A DNA stretch of 63,919 bases, the filler included, from Octopus bimaculoides (Eukaryota): NCBI RefSeq assembly GCF_001194135.2. It is 5 parts of 4 records of this genome, joined end to end, with 100 filler letters (N's around TTAATTAATTAA, not from the genome) between each part and the next. Parts side by side here need not be neighbours in the genome. Positions count along the whole stretch, not along the records: positions 12,645 to 31,497 come from NC_068993.1; 4 more parts are not named here. One strand, given 5' to 3'. The notes under the pieces are model-generated. The model ran no database searches, was not told the origin of the DNA, and worked only from the letters and a program-made list of their open reading frames with translations. Each line of letters begins with the position of its first letter. Position 1 is the stretch's first letter. Positions 12,589 to 24,655 of the stretch are shown piece after piece. Made by a program: the position numbers and the translations under genes.

Positions 12589-12600
12589 TTAATTAATTAA
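12589..12600. other. Artificial contig-join spacer TTAATTAATTAA inside N runs (also 31542-31553, 59604-59615, 62807-62818)
   Basis: Identical palindromic 12-mer with stops in all six frames, flanked by ~44 N on each side, four times. Confidence 0.92.
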
Positions 12601-12644
12601 NNNNNNNNNNNNNNNNNNNNNNNNNNNNNNNNNNNNNNNNNNNN

Positions 12645-12675
<31 letters not shown>

Positions 12676-12694
12676 GCATACATACATACATACA

Positions 12695-12726
<32 letters not shown>

Positions 12727-12764
12727 AAATCGAGGAGGTAAAGAATTATGTCTAGTTAGCGCAC

Positions 12765-13014
12765 ACAGTAAGTATGCGCCAGGATATGGATGCTGAAATC
12801 ACAAAGAGAATAATGGCTGAATGCAAGCCAATAAAGGATGTGTTCCAAACAAAGCTAGACAATGACGTACGTGCCAGACTCTTCAACAGCACCGTCCTAC
12901 TTGCGTTCTTATAAACAGGTGAGATGTGGGTTAATACGAAGAGGATACACCATCGATTGGCTACTATGCAAGGGGCCATGGAAAGATCCATGCTAGGAAT
13001 ATCATTAAGAGACC
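12765..13014 (+). pseudogene. RTE-clade LINE fragment (post-RT region)
   Basis: Reads EITKRI..IKDVFQTKLDNDVRARLFNSTVL..GEMW..QGAMERSMLGISLRD, typical of RTE ORFs. Confidence 0.75.
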
Positions 13015-13128
13015 GATAGAATAAGTACTAGGCTTACAAAGAATAAGTCCTAGGGTCGATTTGTTCGACTAAAAGGTGGTGCTCCAGCATGACCACAGTC
13101 AAATGACCGAAACAAAAGAATAAAAGAA
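13007..13128 (+). mobile_element. SINE family C 3' part
   Basis: GACCGATAGAATAAGTACTAGGCTTACAAAGAATAAGTCC...CAGTCAAATGACCGAAAC. Confidence 0.85.
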
Positions 13129-13135
13129 TATATAT

Positions 13136-13738
13136 ACTAGCTGTTGGACCCGGCTTTGCTCGTGTTTTACGTGTTGAAGTTAAGCCTACCTCTGACCGTT
13201 GAAATTCTACACGTAATTACAGTTCATGTCCATTAGTTGATACCAGCTCTAGAATTAAATTAAAACCTTTACCGTTTCCCCTACCACAAAATTTACCTAA
13301 ATCTCAAATTTCATTAAAATCGGATCAAAAATGTAAAAGTTACGACCAAAATTAAAATCCCTATGGGTATTTGCACGCAAAAAGCCTATTGATTATATAA
13401 AACCACTGCTCAGGCGCAATTATCGATTTTTTGTCAATGCCATATACTGACATCAACTCACTGCCATGAGCATCGCTCACTCATCGACTTTCATCAAAAT
13501 CGGGCAAAAACAGCAAACGCTGCAGGAAAAATTACATTGTTATGGGAATTTCCATTCAAACGCCCGATTGAGCTCACAAAAATTGATGCCAACTGAGCAT
13601 TATCGAGTTTTCGAAAAATTCCGGCCTTGTGATCTACTTATGTGCCAAAAATCTTTAAAATCGGTTGGACGGCGTGTGAGGAGTTAGAGTAACCCTAAAC
13701 ATACACACAGACACCATTACACATTTATGTATGTAGAT
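13136..13738 (+). mobile_element. Non-autonomous Helentron/DINE-1/Lep1-like element
   Basis: Begins ACTAGCTGTTGGACCCGGCTTTGCTCG; repeated AAAATCGG modules; short CA tract before the TAGAT end; no TSD; lies in TA-rich sequence. Confidence 0.55.
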
Positions 13739-13803
13739 ATATATATATACATATTTATATAAATGTTTATATATGAGATATATATATGACGTGTGTGTGT
13801 GTA

Positions 13804-13922
13804 GACGAGGTGCTATCAAAAGGTTCTCAGACTAGTTATGTTTAATAAAAATAACTTATTTACCTAAGTTTTAACATCATTTCCTTCGAAATAGTCATCT
13901 TGTGCAGCATTATATGGGTCCT
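13804..13922 (-). mobile_element. Mariner 3' end fragment
   Basis: ACGAGGTGCTATCAAAAGGTTC TIR; minus strand AAQDDYFEG-like C-terminus. Confidence 0.55.
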
Positions 13923-13924
13923 AG

Positions 13925-14030
13925 CATTCAGAGTTAAAATTTTGCCGAGGTCGACTTACATCCTCTCGGGCTCAATAAAATAAGTGCCAGTTGAGTACTG
14001 GGGTCGATTTCCTGGCCTTGCATAAAATTG
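13925..14030 (+). mobile_element. SINE family B fragment
   Basis: GCCGAGGTCGACTT..AATAAAATAAGTGCCAGTTGAGTACTGGGGTCGAT. Confidence 0.65.
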
Positions 14031-14994
14031 GAAACCTAAGTTTCATTGCTGTAAACCGCTGCAATTATCTCGCTGGAGAAGTGACATATGCTGCTTTTTT
14101 TTTTCTATAAACTCAGTTTAGAACACCGAAACGAGAAGTATCCAACTATTATTATGATTGATCTGAATCCATTCTCTAGACTGGAAAAGTTTTTATTTGA
14201 ACCTACAAAATCAAAATAAATCGATATTTATATTGCATTGCGTAACATATATTTTTTTTTTTGTCTTTGGTTAGTAAGTATTATTTCCTCTTTGCCTCTA
14301 TTTAGAAATCAAAGGAAATGACTATTATTTCCTTCAAACTTTGCTTTTGTGACCTGGAGATCAATGTTTCTATTACATCTCAGACGGATTCAGCGCTGAG
14401 ATGCTAATTCAGAAATGTTGTTATAGCAAATAACCTGCTCGATACCGCAGATTTACATGTCAGTTGCTTGACCTTAGCCACTGCCGCATGTCTCTTAATG
14501 GCTGACAATATGTACATCACTGATCATGAGCAGGAGTAGAGGAGGAGCATCATAGTCAAGAGGGATTCTTTGAGGTTTTAATAACTGTGACGAAAGTTTC
14601 AATGAAATATTAGCCATTTTTCATACTTTCCAAGGGTAAACAAATAAGATATAACAGTTGCTACCCAAGGACAAAAGTCATGTTACACAATATTATTTTA
14701 TAATCAAATTGTTTTGTTAATTAGTTAATCTTAATTAAAAAGATAAGACTGTAACTAAGACCAAGTATAAGGAGACTGATTTTAATATTTCTTGGTCGTT
14801 TGTAGAAAATGTATTGGTTAAGAATTCCAGAGGGTTGCTACTTTGAGGCAGCTTGGGTGGAGTGTTTCGTGTAGTGGTCTAGCAGGTGAGTCAGGGTGGA
14901 TCAGCGTTCATGGAAAGAAGAGATACGGGTTCAATTGCATTTTCTGGTTTTCGGTAAAGAGGGCATGCAGACAGCTAGTTTAGAAAAACTAAAT

Positions 14995-15056
14995 CTGCCA
15001 TAGCCTCAGGCCGACCAAAGTCTTGTGATTGGATTTGGTAAAAGGAAACTGAAGGA

Positions 15057-15111
<55 letters not shown>

Positions 15112-15335
15112 TGTGTATGTCTTTGTGTTTGTGTTTATCCCACAGCACTGCTCGACAACCGGTGTTGATGTGTTTACGTCCCTGTAAATTAGTGGTTCGG
15201 TAAAGCAGACCGACGTGGTAAGTACTAGTCTTAATACAGAGAGTATATACTGGAGTCGATTAGTTCGACTAAAATTCCTCAAGGCGGTGCCCCAGCATGG
15301 CCACAGTCTAATGACTGATACAAGCAAAAGATAAA
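14995..15335 (+). mobile_element. SINE family C, 5'-truncated, with central (TA)n
   Basis: GGCCGACCAAAGTCTTGTG..GGAAACTGAA, central microsatellite, CAGCATGGCCACAGTCTAATGACTGA tail. Confidence 0.85.
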
Positions 15336-15715
15336 AGGTATGAGGAAAATAGAAGACACACACACACAAGTAAAGAAATTATAATTCATCTTGTAAAATT
15401 ATATTTATTGTCTTGGTAAATAAAATATATTCCTTCATTTTATGAGTTGAATAAATTTAAATATTTGTTAATGTTTTCTGTAATTGGTAAAGAAAAGGTG
15501 CAGTTTATTAGATTCGCAAACGTTTGTGTTAGGTTACGTACATCAAATTCTAAATTAACAAATTTATTTAAACTTGGAAACTTACGAAAGGGAAATCTGA
15601 CGTTTGCTTATTTCTTTTATCAAATTTGTTACTTTCTTTATGCAATATTTAGTTTCATGAGTAAACATATTTATTGTTTATTCAATAAGAACACTTTTAT
15701 ATATACATATATATA

Positions 15716-15906
15716 GTTGAAATTTACAGAAAAACAAAAGACGAAGACAGGTATATAAACAACACACAGGTGTATTAGTTTAATGCTCGGGAAGGTGAGA
15801 AAGTTTTTTACGTTTCGAGCCTACGCTCTTCAACAGAAAGGAACACGAGGAAATAAACAGAGAGAATAAAAGAAACTTTTGGAGGATAGCGGTCAATCAT
15901 GGCGGC
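15716..15906 (-). mobile_element. ~190-bp element between microsatellites carrying a hammerhead-like motif
   Basis: Minus 15803-15841 reads CCTTT-CTGTTGAA-GAGC-GTAG-GCTC-GAAACGTA-AAAA. Confidence 0.5.
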
Positions 15907-15912
15907 TATGTA

Positions 15913-15958
<46 letters not shown>

Positions 15959-16022
15959 TATGTGTGTGTCTGTGTGTATTATATCATATATACAAATATG
16001 TGTACACAAGTACATATAATGT

Positions 16023-16066
<44 letters not shown>

Positions 16067-16635
16067 CAGACACTATGCACATGCATGCACACACTCGCAC
16101 ACAAATACGAACACATGTGTATAAGCATATATAAGCATATATACATATATACACTCAAACTCTCGTGTTTGCGTCAGTGTATACATAGATAGATTTATGC
16201 GTGTATGTGTATATATACACAAGCGTATTATATATTTGTGTTTTGTTTATTTCGATTTATTTATTCCTATTTTTCTAATCCACCTCAACAAAAATAGTCA
16301 AACACAATTATGAAACCCTAATTAATTAAATCTAAATTAACCTTTATTGAAACACGTCAAGTTTAGGTCGACTTGCTCAATTGTTCGTTGTTGTGCTTAT
16401 CTCAAAGACTGCCTCGGGCGCATCTGCAGGTGATGTCTTGTTTTAAAGCATGTTGTTTTAAAGCATGTTGCGTATTTGTGTGTACGTGTTTGTATGTGTG
16501 CATATGTGTGTTTGTGTCTGTGTATGTGAATATATATGTCTTTGTGTGTGCGTGCGTGCGTGCGTGCGTGCGTGCGTGTGTGCGTGTGTGCGTGCGTGCN
16601 NNNNNNNNNNNNNNNNNNNNNNNNNNNNNNGTGTG

Positions 16636-16683
<48 letters not shown>

Positions 16684-17534
16684 TGTGTGCGTGTGTGCGT
16701 GCGTGCCTGTGTGCAACTTTGTATCCGTGTGTATGCATGTGTGTATCTGTGCGGGGAGTCCTACATGTGTGAGGGGTGTCTGAGGGTGTGCATGTCTGTG
16801 TGTATATGAATGTCTGTGTGTCTGTATATATTTGTGTGTGCATGTGCGCATACGTGGTTGAGTGTATCTGTGTGCATGTGTATATATGTGTGTATATCTG
16901 TGTGTGTTGGTTATGGTTTTTCTGTTTTTTTTTTATGCAAATGTTTGCTTCGGTGTTTTTCTCTTTCTTCCTGGTTTCGTCGTTCTCGGTCTATACCAAC
17001 CGTTGTTTTTTAACTCATGAATAATATTTAACTAAATATAATTACTGAATAATATTAGCATTTTGTCATATTATCAGTTAAACAGAGTTTTAGAAATAAA
17101 TGTTATTTATTTTCAAAATTTTTTTTTTTTTTGTTATTTTGTGTTGACTTAGACGAAAAAAGCTGTCAGGTGGAAATTGAGTTTGCAAACATTTTGTCAT
17201 TTATTAATCACACTGAAGTAAGCACTTCATTGAATCTGTTTGCAGGAAATTGTGTGGCATGAGAGAGAGAGAGAGAGAACAAGGGAGTACGTTTGTGTGT
17301 GTGAGTGAGTGTGTTTGCTTATATGTACCGATTCAAGTTACTGAATACCTCTCTTTCACAAACATAAAAATGTTTGTGAAATCAATTTCCAGATGACAAA
17401 ATTTCTATTTCATTAAATAAATGCAAAATAAAATAAAAATAGATGTTTTTTTTTAAATATGTTTAATGAAAATACAAATCACATTTATTTGTGAACTTGC
17501 ATCTAGTTCCTAATATAGTTATTTCGAATTTAGA

Positions 17535-17680
17535 CGTAACACCAGCAGTTTTGAGGAGGGGTGCTAAGTCGATACCATGGGTCTCACTAGCGCTTTATTT
17601 TATCGAGCACTAAAGGATAAATGGAAAGTTGACTTCAGCAGGTTTTGAACCTAGAACGTAAGGAGCCAGAACGACTAATA
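17535..17680 (-). mobile_element. SINE family B, degenerate
   Basis: AAAGTTGACTTCAGCAGGTTTTGAACCTAGAACG matches the family B reverse complement. Confidence 0.6.
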
Positions 17681-18057
17681 GAAGTTTTTGCTTTTTATTG
17701 CTTTCCCCCACGCGTTTACGATTCCCCAAGTTCCCCACTTCTGGTGTGGTGTTAATATAATAAATGCTAATGTTTTTTTGTAGTTATAGTTAGTTTAATA
17801 ACTGTTTATCGTTGACAGGTGTTGGGTGACATTTAAACAAGGGAGATAACAACCAAACAAACAAATCGAACAGTTCTTCAGGATTAATTAGTGATTATCT
17901 CTAATTACACACGCGCGCGCGCACGCATCTAAACTAGAGTGGTTAAATTGTAAAGTATGGCGCCTGTGAAGTTAAACGTGCTTTATTGCAAAGTGAGAAA
18001 CTGATATGAAATAAACGAGAAGATATTTTAAAAATCTCAAAATAAATATATTGGTTT

Positions 18058-18225
18058 TAAATTTTCGCAAAAAGCCAGCAATCTCGGGGGAAGAGTAAGT
18101 CGATTACATCGACCTCAGTATTCAACTGGTACTTATTTTTTCGATCTCGAAAGAGTGAAAGGCAAAGGAGACCTCGGTGGAATTTGAACTCAGATCGTAA
18201 AGACGGATGAAATGCCGAAATGCTG
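18058..18225 (-). mobile_element. SINE family B
   Basis: GTCGATTACATCGACC..AAAGGCAAAGGAGACCTCGGTGGAATTTGAACTCAG. Confidence 0.8.
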
Positions 18226-18590
18226 ACGAAATTCCAGATTTTAAACGAACAGCGTACTCAGCCGTACCGCCTTTATCTTTCAAAAATACTTTTATATAGA
18301 ACATATTGTAGATATATCTTGTTTCTTCTATTTGGATTATGTGTATTGCTAAATGAAAAAAGTAATTTTTGACTAAGGTATCCTCAGTTGTATGATGTCC
18401 AGTTTCATCGCCTTTATAATTTCATCAGTTAACTTTAGCGGGTAAGGCTGTGTTTTAGGAAGACTTTGAGTTCATTGAATCGAACTTGACTTGTTTTCGG
18501 ATCAACTACTATTGTACAAATACGTCTTGCAAGACTATATGGAATGTTCCTTTAATGTGTGAAGGATGGTAATAAGAGTATACTGTTGTG

Positions 18591-18663
<73 letters not shown>

Positions 18664-19342
18664 GTGTGTGTGTGTGTGTGTGCGTGTGTGTGTGTTTCGT
18701 AAAATATATCCGTTGTTACTGTGGAGTCGCGTATTTTACATGAATGTCTACGAACAGTTAGACATTATGACTGAGTTTTCTGTCATGAATTTGATAGATG
18801 AGTGAGGAGTATTCAAAATGTTATTGAATATTGGTAGATCATCATTTGATTTCTGCCCCAACATAAATCAGTCATTGAAGAAGCGTTTCCACTTGTCGAT
18901 TGTATATTTTTTGAAATTTTGGTCAAAATTTTACTCTACTATTTCCCCTGAAAAAAATCCCGAAGTTATCATATGAGATGGTAAATTTGCAGAATAAACA
19001 AAATAAGGAAAATAAAAGGAATCGTGTAAAGCTGTTGCGGGGCCAACATATCTAGGCCGTAAACACATTCATACGTAATATGTACATGTTGCCATAGGTG
19101 TGTATAACACAATACGTTCCAATGAAATTGATAAAGCAAGTTGGGTGTCCCACCTCAGAAGTAGGATGACTAATGCGTATTTCCTAATGAATCCCTACAG
19201 TACATCAACGTCGTAGCATATCATCCTTAATCCGTTTTAAATAGGATAAGGGTATTTCTGACAGGTGAGCCAACCTCTCGGCTAATGGAAATATCTTCGA
19301 TAACCATGCCCTTTCCAATAACTAGGCGCTCTGTACAAGCGG

Positions 19343-19379
<37 letters not shown>

Positions 19380-19489
19380 GTTTTTGAGAAAACCTCCTCT
19401 ATATCTAACACTAGACTTAAAATAAACTAGAAAAAAGGGAAACACAAGATCAAATTCCGTAAGATTTTAAATTTCTGAATATACATAGA

Positions 19490-19642
19490 CGCAGGTGTGG
19501 CTGTGTGGTCAGAACCACATGGTTCTTGGTTCAGTTCCACTGCGTGGCACCTTCAGCAAGTGTCTTCTGCTATAACCTCAGGCCGAACAAAGCCTTGTGA
19601 TTGGATTTGGTAAACGGAAACTGAAAGAAGACTATCATATAT
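19490..19642 (+). mobile_element. SINE family C 5' half (3' half resumes at 20981)
   Basis: GCAGGTGTGGCTGTGTGG..GGTTCAGTTCCACTGCGTGGCACC..GGAAACTGAAAGAAG ending in TATATAT. Confidence 0.8.
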
Positions 19643-20175
19643 CTGTCAGCCACGCTGTGACCGACAACAGAATGTTATAGCCGAATCTACTGCGTGTCTG
19701 ACAATATATGCCTAGGTTGCGAATGCAAGAGTAAGGTGACCGTAGCCGTTTGCGTGGTGATCACGTTTTATTGGTTAATTTTCAATCATCATCAACCAAT
19801 AAGCAGTAGTTTGGTATGCAGCTTTCTTCGAGAATTTTGTCTTACTCCTTTTCGCCTTCTCTTCATTGCATGGTATGTCCTTTTAGATTTTGCTAATGAT
19901 TTTCTAAAAATTAATATTATTAATATTTTTAAAAATACATTTCTTTATAGTACAGCTTACAATACACCAGCTACTGTTCAGCATCTCTCCGTACGATAAT
20001 AAACAAATACGACAGTTATTAGCGATTTTATCGTAGATATTTTTAACATTGTGACAGTCACGCTATTTCAATTGGGCGGCGTTTGGGTTTTCTGTTTATT
20101 TGATGCTGCCACACCATTAAGAGAAATATGGTGCATATATAAAATATTGCAGGCGTTGCCTTAAAAAGTACGAAA

Positions 20176-20980
20176 CTAGAATTGAAAAATGTGCACCCTC
20201 AAAGGGGTTACAGGATGTCATAATAAACCTTAAAAAGTATGGGACTAACATTATGGCTCAAAAATATTGGAATCACTATATGTTGTACATTCTGTGGAAT
20301 CCTTTTATCACTAGAAATATGTTTAGTTCATCGAAATCAAGTTATATTAAACATTAATTAAGTTGAGTTAATTAAGTTATATTAAACATTAATTAAGTAC
20401 ACAATTGTTTTAAAAAAACAATTGTGTACAAATGCTAATGTCATCTTTACGCAATAATTCAATCTATGAATGCTAATTTTAATAAATTTTCAAGTAATCA
20501 ATCAAAAATAATTTAGTAGTAATTTGTTTAATTCGCATAATTATTCCATTAATATGTGTATCATAATGCGAATTATCTTTGCTTATAATTATGCCGGTTT
20601 CGTAATTTCGCTGTTATATAGATTCGACTTCATCATAAATCCAGTTTTGTTTTGTTTTTGTTCTTTTTTTATCATGGTAATTTGCATGCAGTGTTAAATA
20701 TGTTTTTTATATATACTTTGATCTGAAGAGTATTATAATGAATTTACTTATTCGAGGTTAAAGATCATCTTTTGTACATTTTCAAATTTTTATATTAAGA
20801 ACTCGGTTTGATAATTATCGTGACATCGTAATTCATACGAGTCTCTTTTCGTTTTACGATGCCACAGAATGTACAACATAGTAATTCCAATATTTTTGAG
20901 CAACAATGCTAGTCCCATACTTTTTAAGGTTTATTATGACATTCTGTAACCCTTTTGAGCGTGCGCATTTTCAATTCTAG
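20176..20980. mobile_element. Non-autonomous DNA transposon with ~120-bp TIRs
   Basis: 20176-20297 and 20862-20980 are reverse complements (CTAGAATTGAAAA..GGGTTACAG..CATAATAAACCTTAAAAAGTATGGGACTA). Superfamily not assignable. Confidence 0.75.
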
Positions 20981-21183
20981 TATATATATCTTTGTGTCTG
21001 TATCTACCCCCACGACTGGTTGACAATCGGTGTTGGTGTGTTTACGGCCCCTGTAACTTAGTGATAAGTAGTCTTTAAAAAAGAGAGTAAGTACTGGGGT
21101 CGATTAGTTCGACTAAAATTCCTCAAGGCGATGCCCCAGCATGGCCGCAGTCTAATGACTGAAGCAAGAAAAAGATAAAAGGT
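20981..21183 (+). mobile_element. SINE family C 3' half
   Basis: TTGACAATCGGTGTTGGTGTGTTTACG..CAGCATGGCCGCAGTCTAATGACTGA. Confidence 0.8.
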
Positions 21184-21509
21184 ATGAGGAAAATAGAAGA
21201 CACACACACACACGCACACACACACGCACACACACACGCACACACACACGCACACACACACAAGTAGAGAAATTATAATGCATCTTGTAAAATTATATTT
21301 ATCGTCTTGATAAATAAAATATATTCCTTCATTTTATGGGTTGAATAAATTGAAATATTTGTTGATGTTTTCTATAAATGGTAAAGAAAAGTTGCAGTGT
21401 ATCAGATACACAAAAGCTTGAGTTTAATTCTAAATTAACAAATTTTCGTAAAATTTAGAAACTTACTAAAGGGAAACCTAATGTTTGCTTATTTTATTTT
21501 TATTTCTCC

Positions 21510-22560
21510 TATATACTAGATTTAAAATCAAACTAGCTCCTCACAAAGATAATGGTCTCCTTCCCTCCAAAAAAGAATAACTTCTACCTTTCGCACTGCT
21601 AACACCTTTCAACGCTATACTCCTGCCACTAATCCTTTGCTTACTAGATGCTAAACCCGGCCTACCCGGAGGCAGAATAAATTTCAATCGCGCCTGGCCA
21701 ATCAATACAACCCCTGGCATAAAACTCGCAGCTCTACGGGCAGAAAACTAAGAAAATATGGTCCGCACTTGCATTCTCCCTTCCACTTGAATCTTTTTCA
21801 AATCTTCAACTACTACTTCCCACCCCATCTTTAATAAATCTTCCATGAAAATTTTATATTCCACTAAACCTAACCTGGAATCTATACTCGTCGCCTCTAA
21901 CTGACGAAAGCGCGGCCACCCGCTCGTGTATCCACTATAACTGCGTTAATGGTAACACCATGGTCTCGGATATCCCGACCTTTGGCGTTTGCAATCATCA
22001 TAACACCACTAATTCCCCTCGAATTAACAGCATTAGCAACTCGGTCACTGCTGTTCTCATCAAGGACCACCAACTTACCTTCCTGATCAAAGAAGATTGC
22101 CCGTACTTTCAGATCTATAGATTTACGGAACAGCACCGCTACTGCACCGCCCGTTCCTGATAGACCCTGAGATAAGAATATTTCATAGTCACCGAAAATG
22201 GACTCTAGTGCATGCTCTCCAGAAATCCTCGTCTCGCTGATGGTTACCGTACCTATGTCGAGCGACCTAAGATCGTTTATTAAGGGACTTTTCTTCCAAG
22301 CTGATCCAAGACAATACATTCGCACATCCCACTCTCAACACAGTTATGTTTATGGAAGAAAGAAAAGGGAAGGTCACTCGCCTAGATCTTCGAGAAGCCT
22401 GGATGTCCCGGACATATCTTTGGGTGGCGGTGGTGGTGGCGGTGGTGATCGTTGTCGTTGTGCTGGTGGTTTTGAATTGCGTTGTCGTTCTGGTTTTTGT
22501 GTTTGCTATTTTTGTTGTGCCTTCGGAACGATAATATAAGAGTTTTGAAGAGGTTAGGAT
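21510..22560 (-). pseudogene. Degenerate Tx1/L1-like LINE fragment: APE endonuclease N-terminal half and upstream low-complexity region
   Basis: LRVGCANV, then LGSAWKK..INDLRSLDIGTVTISETRI..YEIFLS..GGAVAVLFRK..DQEGKLVVLD (ORF 21897-22325). Confidence 0.65.
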
Positions 22561-22914
22561 ATAAGTCAGGATTCCGGGTGAGACAATATGGATCTCAGGA
22601 CGGACAAGATGAAAGCAGCCACGAATACAAATTAAAAAATACAGAAATCCGGGACACGATCTTTAAAGAGTGTTTATAATCCAGATTCAATCGTTTTGTC
22701 ACCTAGAAAGGTTTACGCCAGTGTTTACTAACATGAGCAGACAAAGTATGTAACTGGTCTATACATTCAGAGATACAATTCTTGGATACATCATCAGTGT
22801 TGTTATCCTGGAGTCACTTGGTGTTTCGGGTCTTACAGAATATACCCTCATCCAGGCAACCCAACCTAGATTAATGAAGCCTAGCCCTATCCTAGGCAGC
22901 ATTTTACTGACTCC

Positions 22915-22946
<32 letters not shown>

Positions 22947-23701
22947 ACTCACACACACACACATATATACATACATATTTTACTGACTACACACACACAC
23001 ACACATCGTTCACCTCTTTTCAGACAAAGCCATCTCCATGCTTTCTCAGCACGAAAATATTGCCAAGCCTTGCCTTGAGAAAGAAGTGAACAGCTTAGTT
23101 ATTCCATAAGAATAGAACCGATTTATCTCCTGAAACCATTATCCGTTTCGAAACCAATAAAATTCTTCTAAAAAGAAAAGATATGGAGAGATCACTCATT
23201 GATTTCATCAGTGATCTCACAGTGATTTCTCATATTGAGATCATCAATTTCATAAAAACGGTGAAATAGGAATAGTTTTCCCATTGATCAAACAGAGCAT
23301 TGGTTCATTTTTGGAACCACCCGTAATTTATTAATTCAAGTCTTTAAAATCATTTTTCTATTTAGGGGAATCGGTGATGACCCTTCTCTCCCTTACCGTC
23401 TTACACAAGGTATCAACTGAAGGATCAGCAAGTTGTAGTCTGTATGTATACGTATATGTGCGCGTTCATGTTTGTATACATGTATGTACGCGTGTGTATG
23501 TATGTAAAAGAATATGTAGATATATGTATATGTATACGTGTTTCTGTGTATTGTATATGTGTACGAGAGGAAAGAACTACTACTTCTAAAAGCTGTTTAT
23601 TTTTTATTTCAGCCAATCATGTGTGCCCTCTATTTGTCACGGTTGCCTGGTGTCTTTATCAACCAACTAAATTTGTATATTGCTGTCCGAGAAACCGACT
23701 G

Positions 23702-24655
23702 TACGAGGGTCGGTTGAAAAGTTTATAGATTGACCAAGATAGTCTCTTGGAATGTGATCAAATGAGGCTTATTTTTCAACATAGTCCTTCTTGCGATTCA
23801 CATACTTCTTCAATCGGTGTTGCAGTGACTAGATCTCAATTGGGAAGAAGCTTTCATCCAGTTGGTCAAAAAAATTATCTGCACTAGATATGACGTCATC
23901 ATTACTGTGATACAGGTTTCCAGTCAAGAAGGGTTTTTTTATGTTGGGAATCGGATGATAGTCAGATGGGACCAGATCAGGAGAGTAAGTAGGGTAATTA
24001 ACCAATTCAATGACACAGTCTCGCACAGCAGCCATTGAAACCAAGGATTCGTGTGCTGGAGCATTGTCCTGATGAAACAAGACCCCTTTCATCAGTTTTC
24101 CTGGGCGTTTGGTCTTGATAGCATTTCGTAACTGCCTCAGCAAGTTGGCACAGTACTCTCCATTGATGGTGTGGCCTTTTTGAAGATAGTTCATACAAAC
24201 AATGCCTTTTGCATCCCAAAAGACTGAAACCATCACCTTCTCTGCAGATGAAACAACCTTGACCTTCTTTAGAGCTGGTGAAGATGGGTTTCCATTGCAT
24301 GGATTGTGTCTTTGTCTCTGGCTCAAAGTGATAAACAACACTCATCCTGGGTTAGGAAGCGTTCAAGCAAACCAGTTGGATCTGCCTCAAACAATGATAA
24401 ATTTTCCCATGATGTGATCAGCCTGGTGCACTTTTTCTGTTGGTACTTGATAACAGCACGATGCCAAATTTTATCCATTTTTAAGAGTAGTCGTTACTAA
24501 TTACTTCTGACGTCTTCTTTGAGCACCTAGCTGTAAGTTTACCAGGAAAGAAACAAATCTGTGATTAATAAGAAAGGTTGAAATTAATGCAGATTTCACA
24601 TCACTTGCATCACCCCTTCATAGTCAGCATTTGAACTCTTCAGCCCGCCTTCGTG
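23702..24655 (-). mobile_element. Internally deleted mariner transposon with DD34D catalytic-domain remnant
   Basis: TIRs TACGAGGGTCGGTTGAAAAG and (rc) CACGAAGGCGGGCTGAAGAG. ORF 23829-24341 has KVMVSVFWD, LFHQDNAPAH, YSPDLVPSDY. The N-terminus MDKIWHRAVIKY is joined almost directly to the TxDE region. Confidence 0.92.

Noticed and set aside
12589-12600. Recurrent palindrome TTAATTAATTAA (4 sites)
   Set aside because: Always centred in N runs of equal size and has stops in all six frames, so it is an assembly spacer and not a biological motif.
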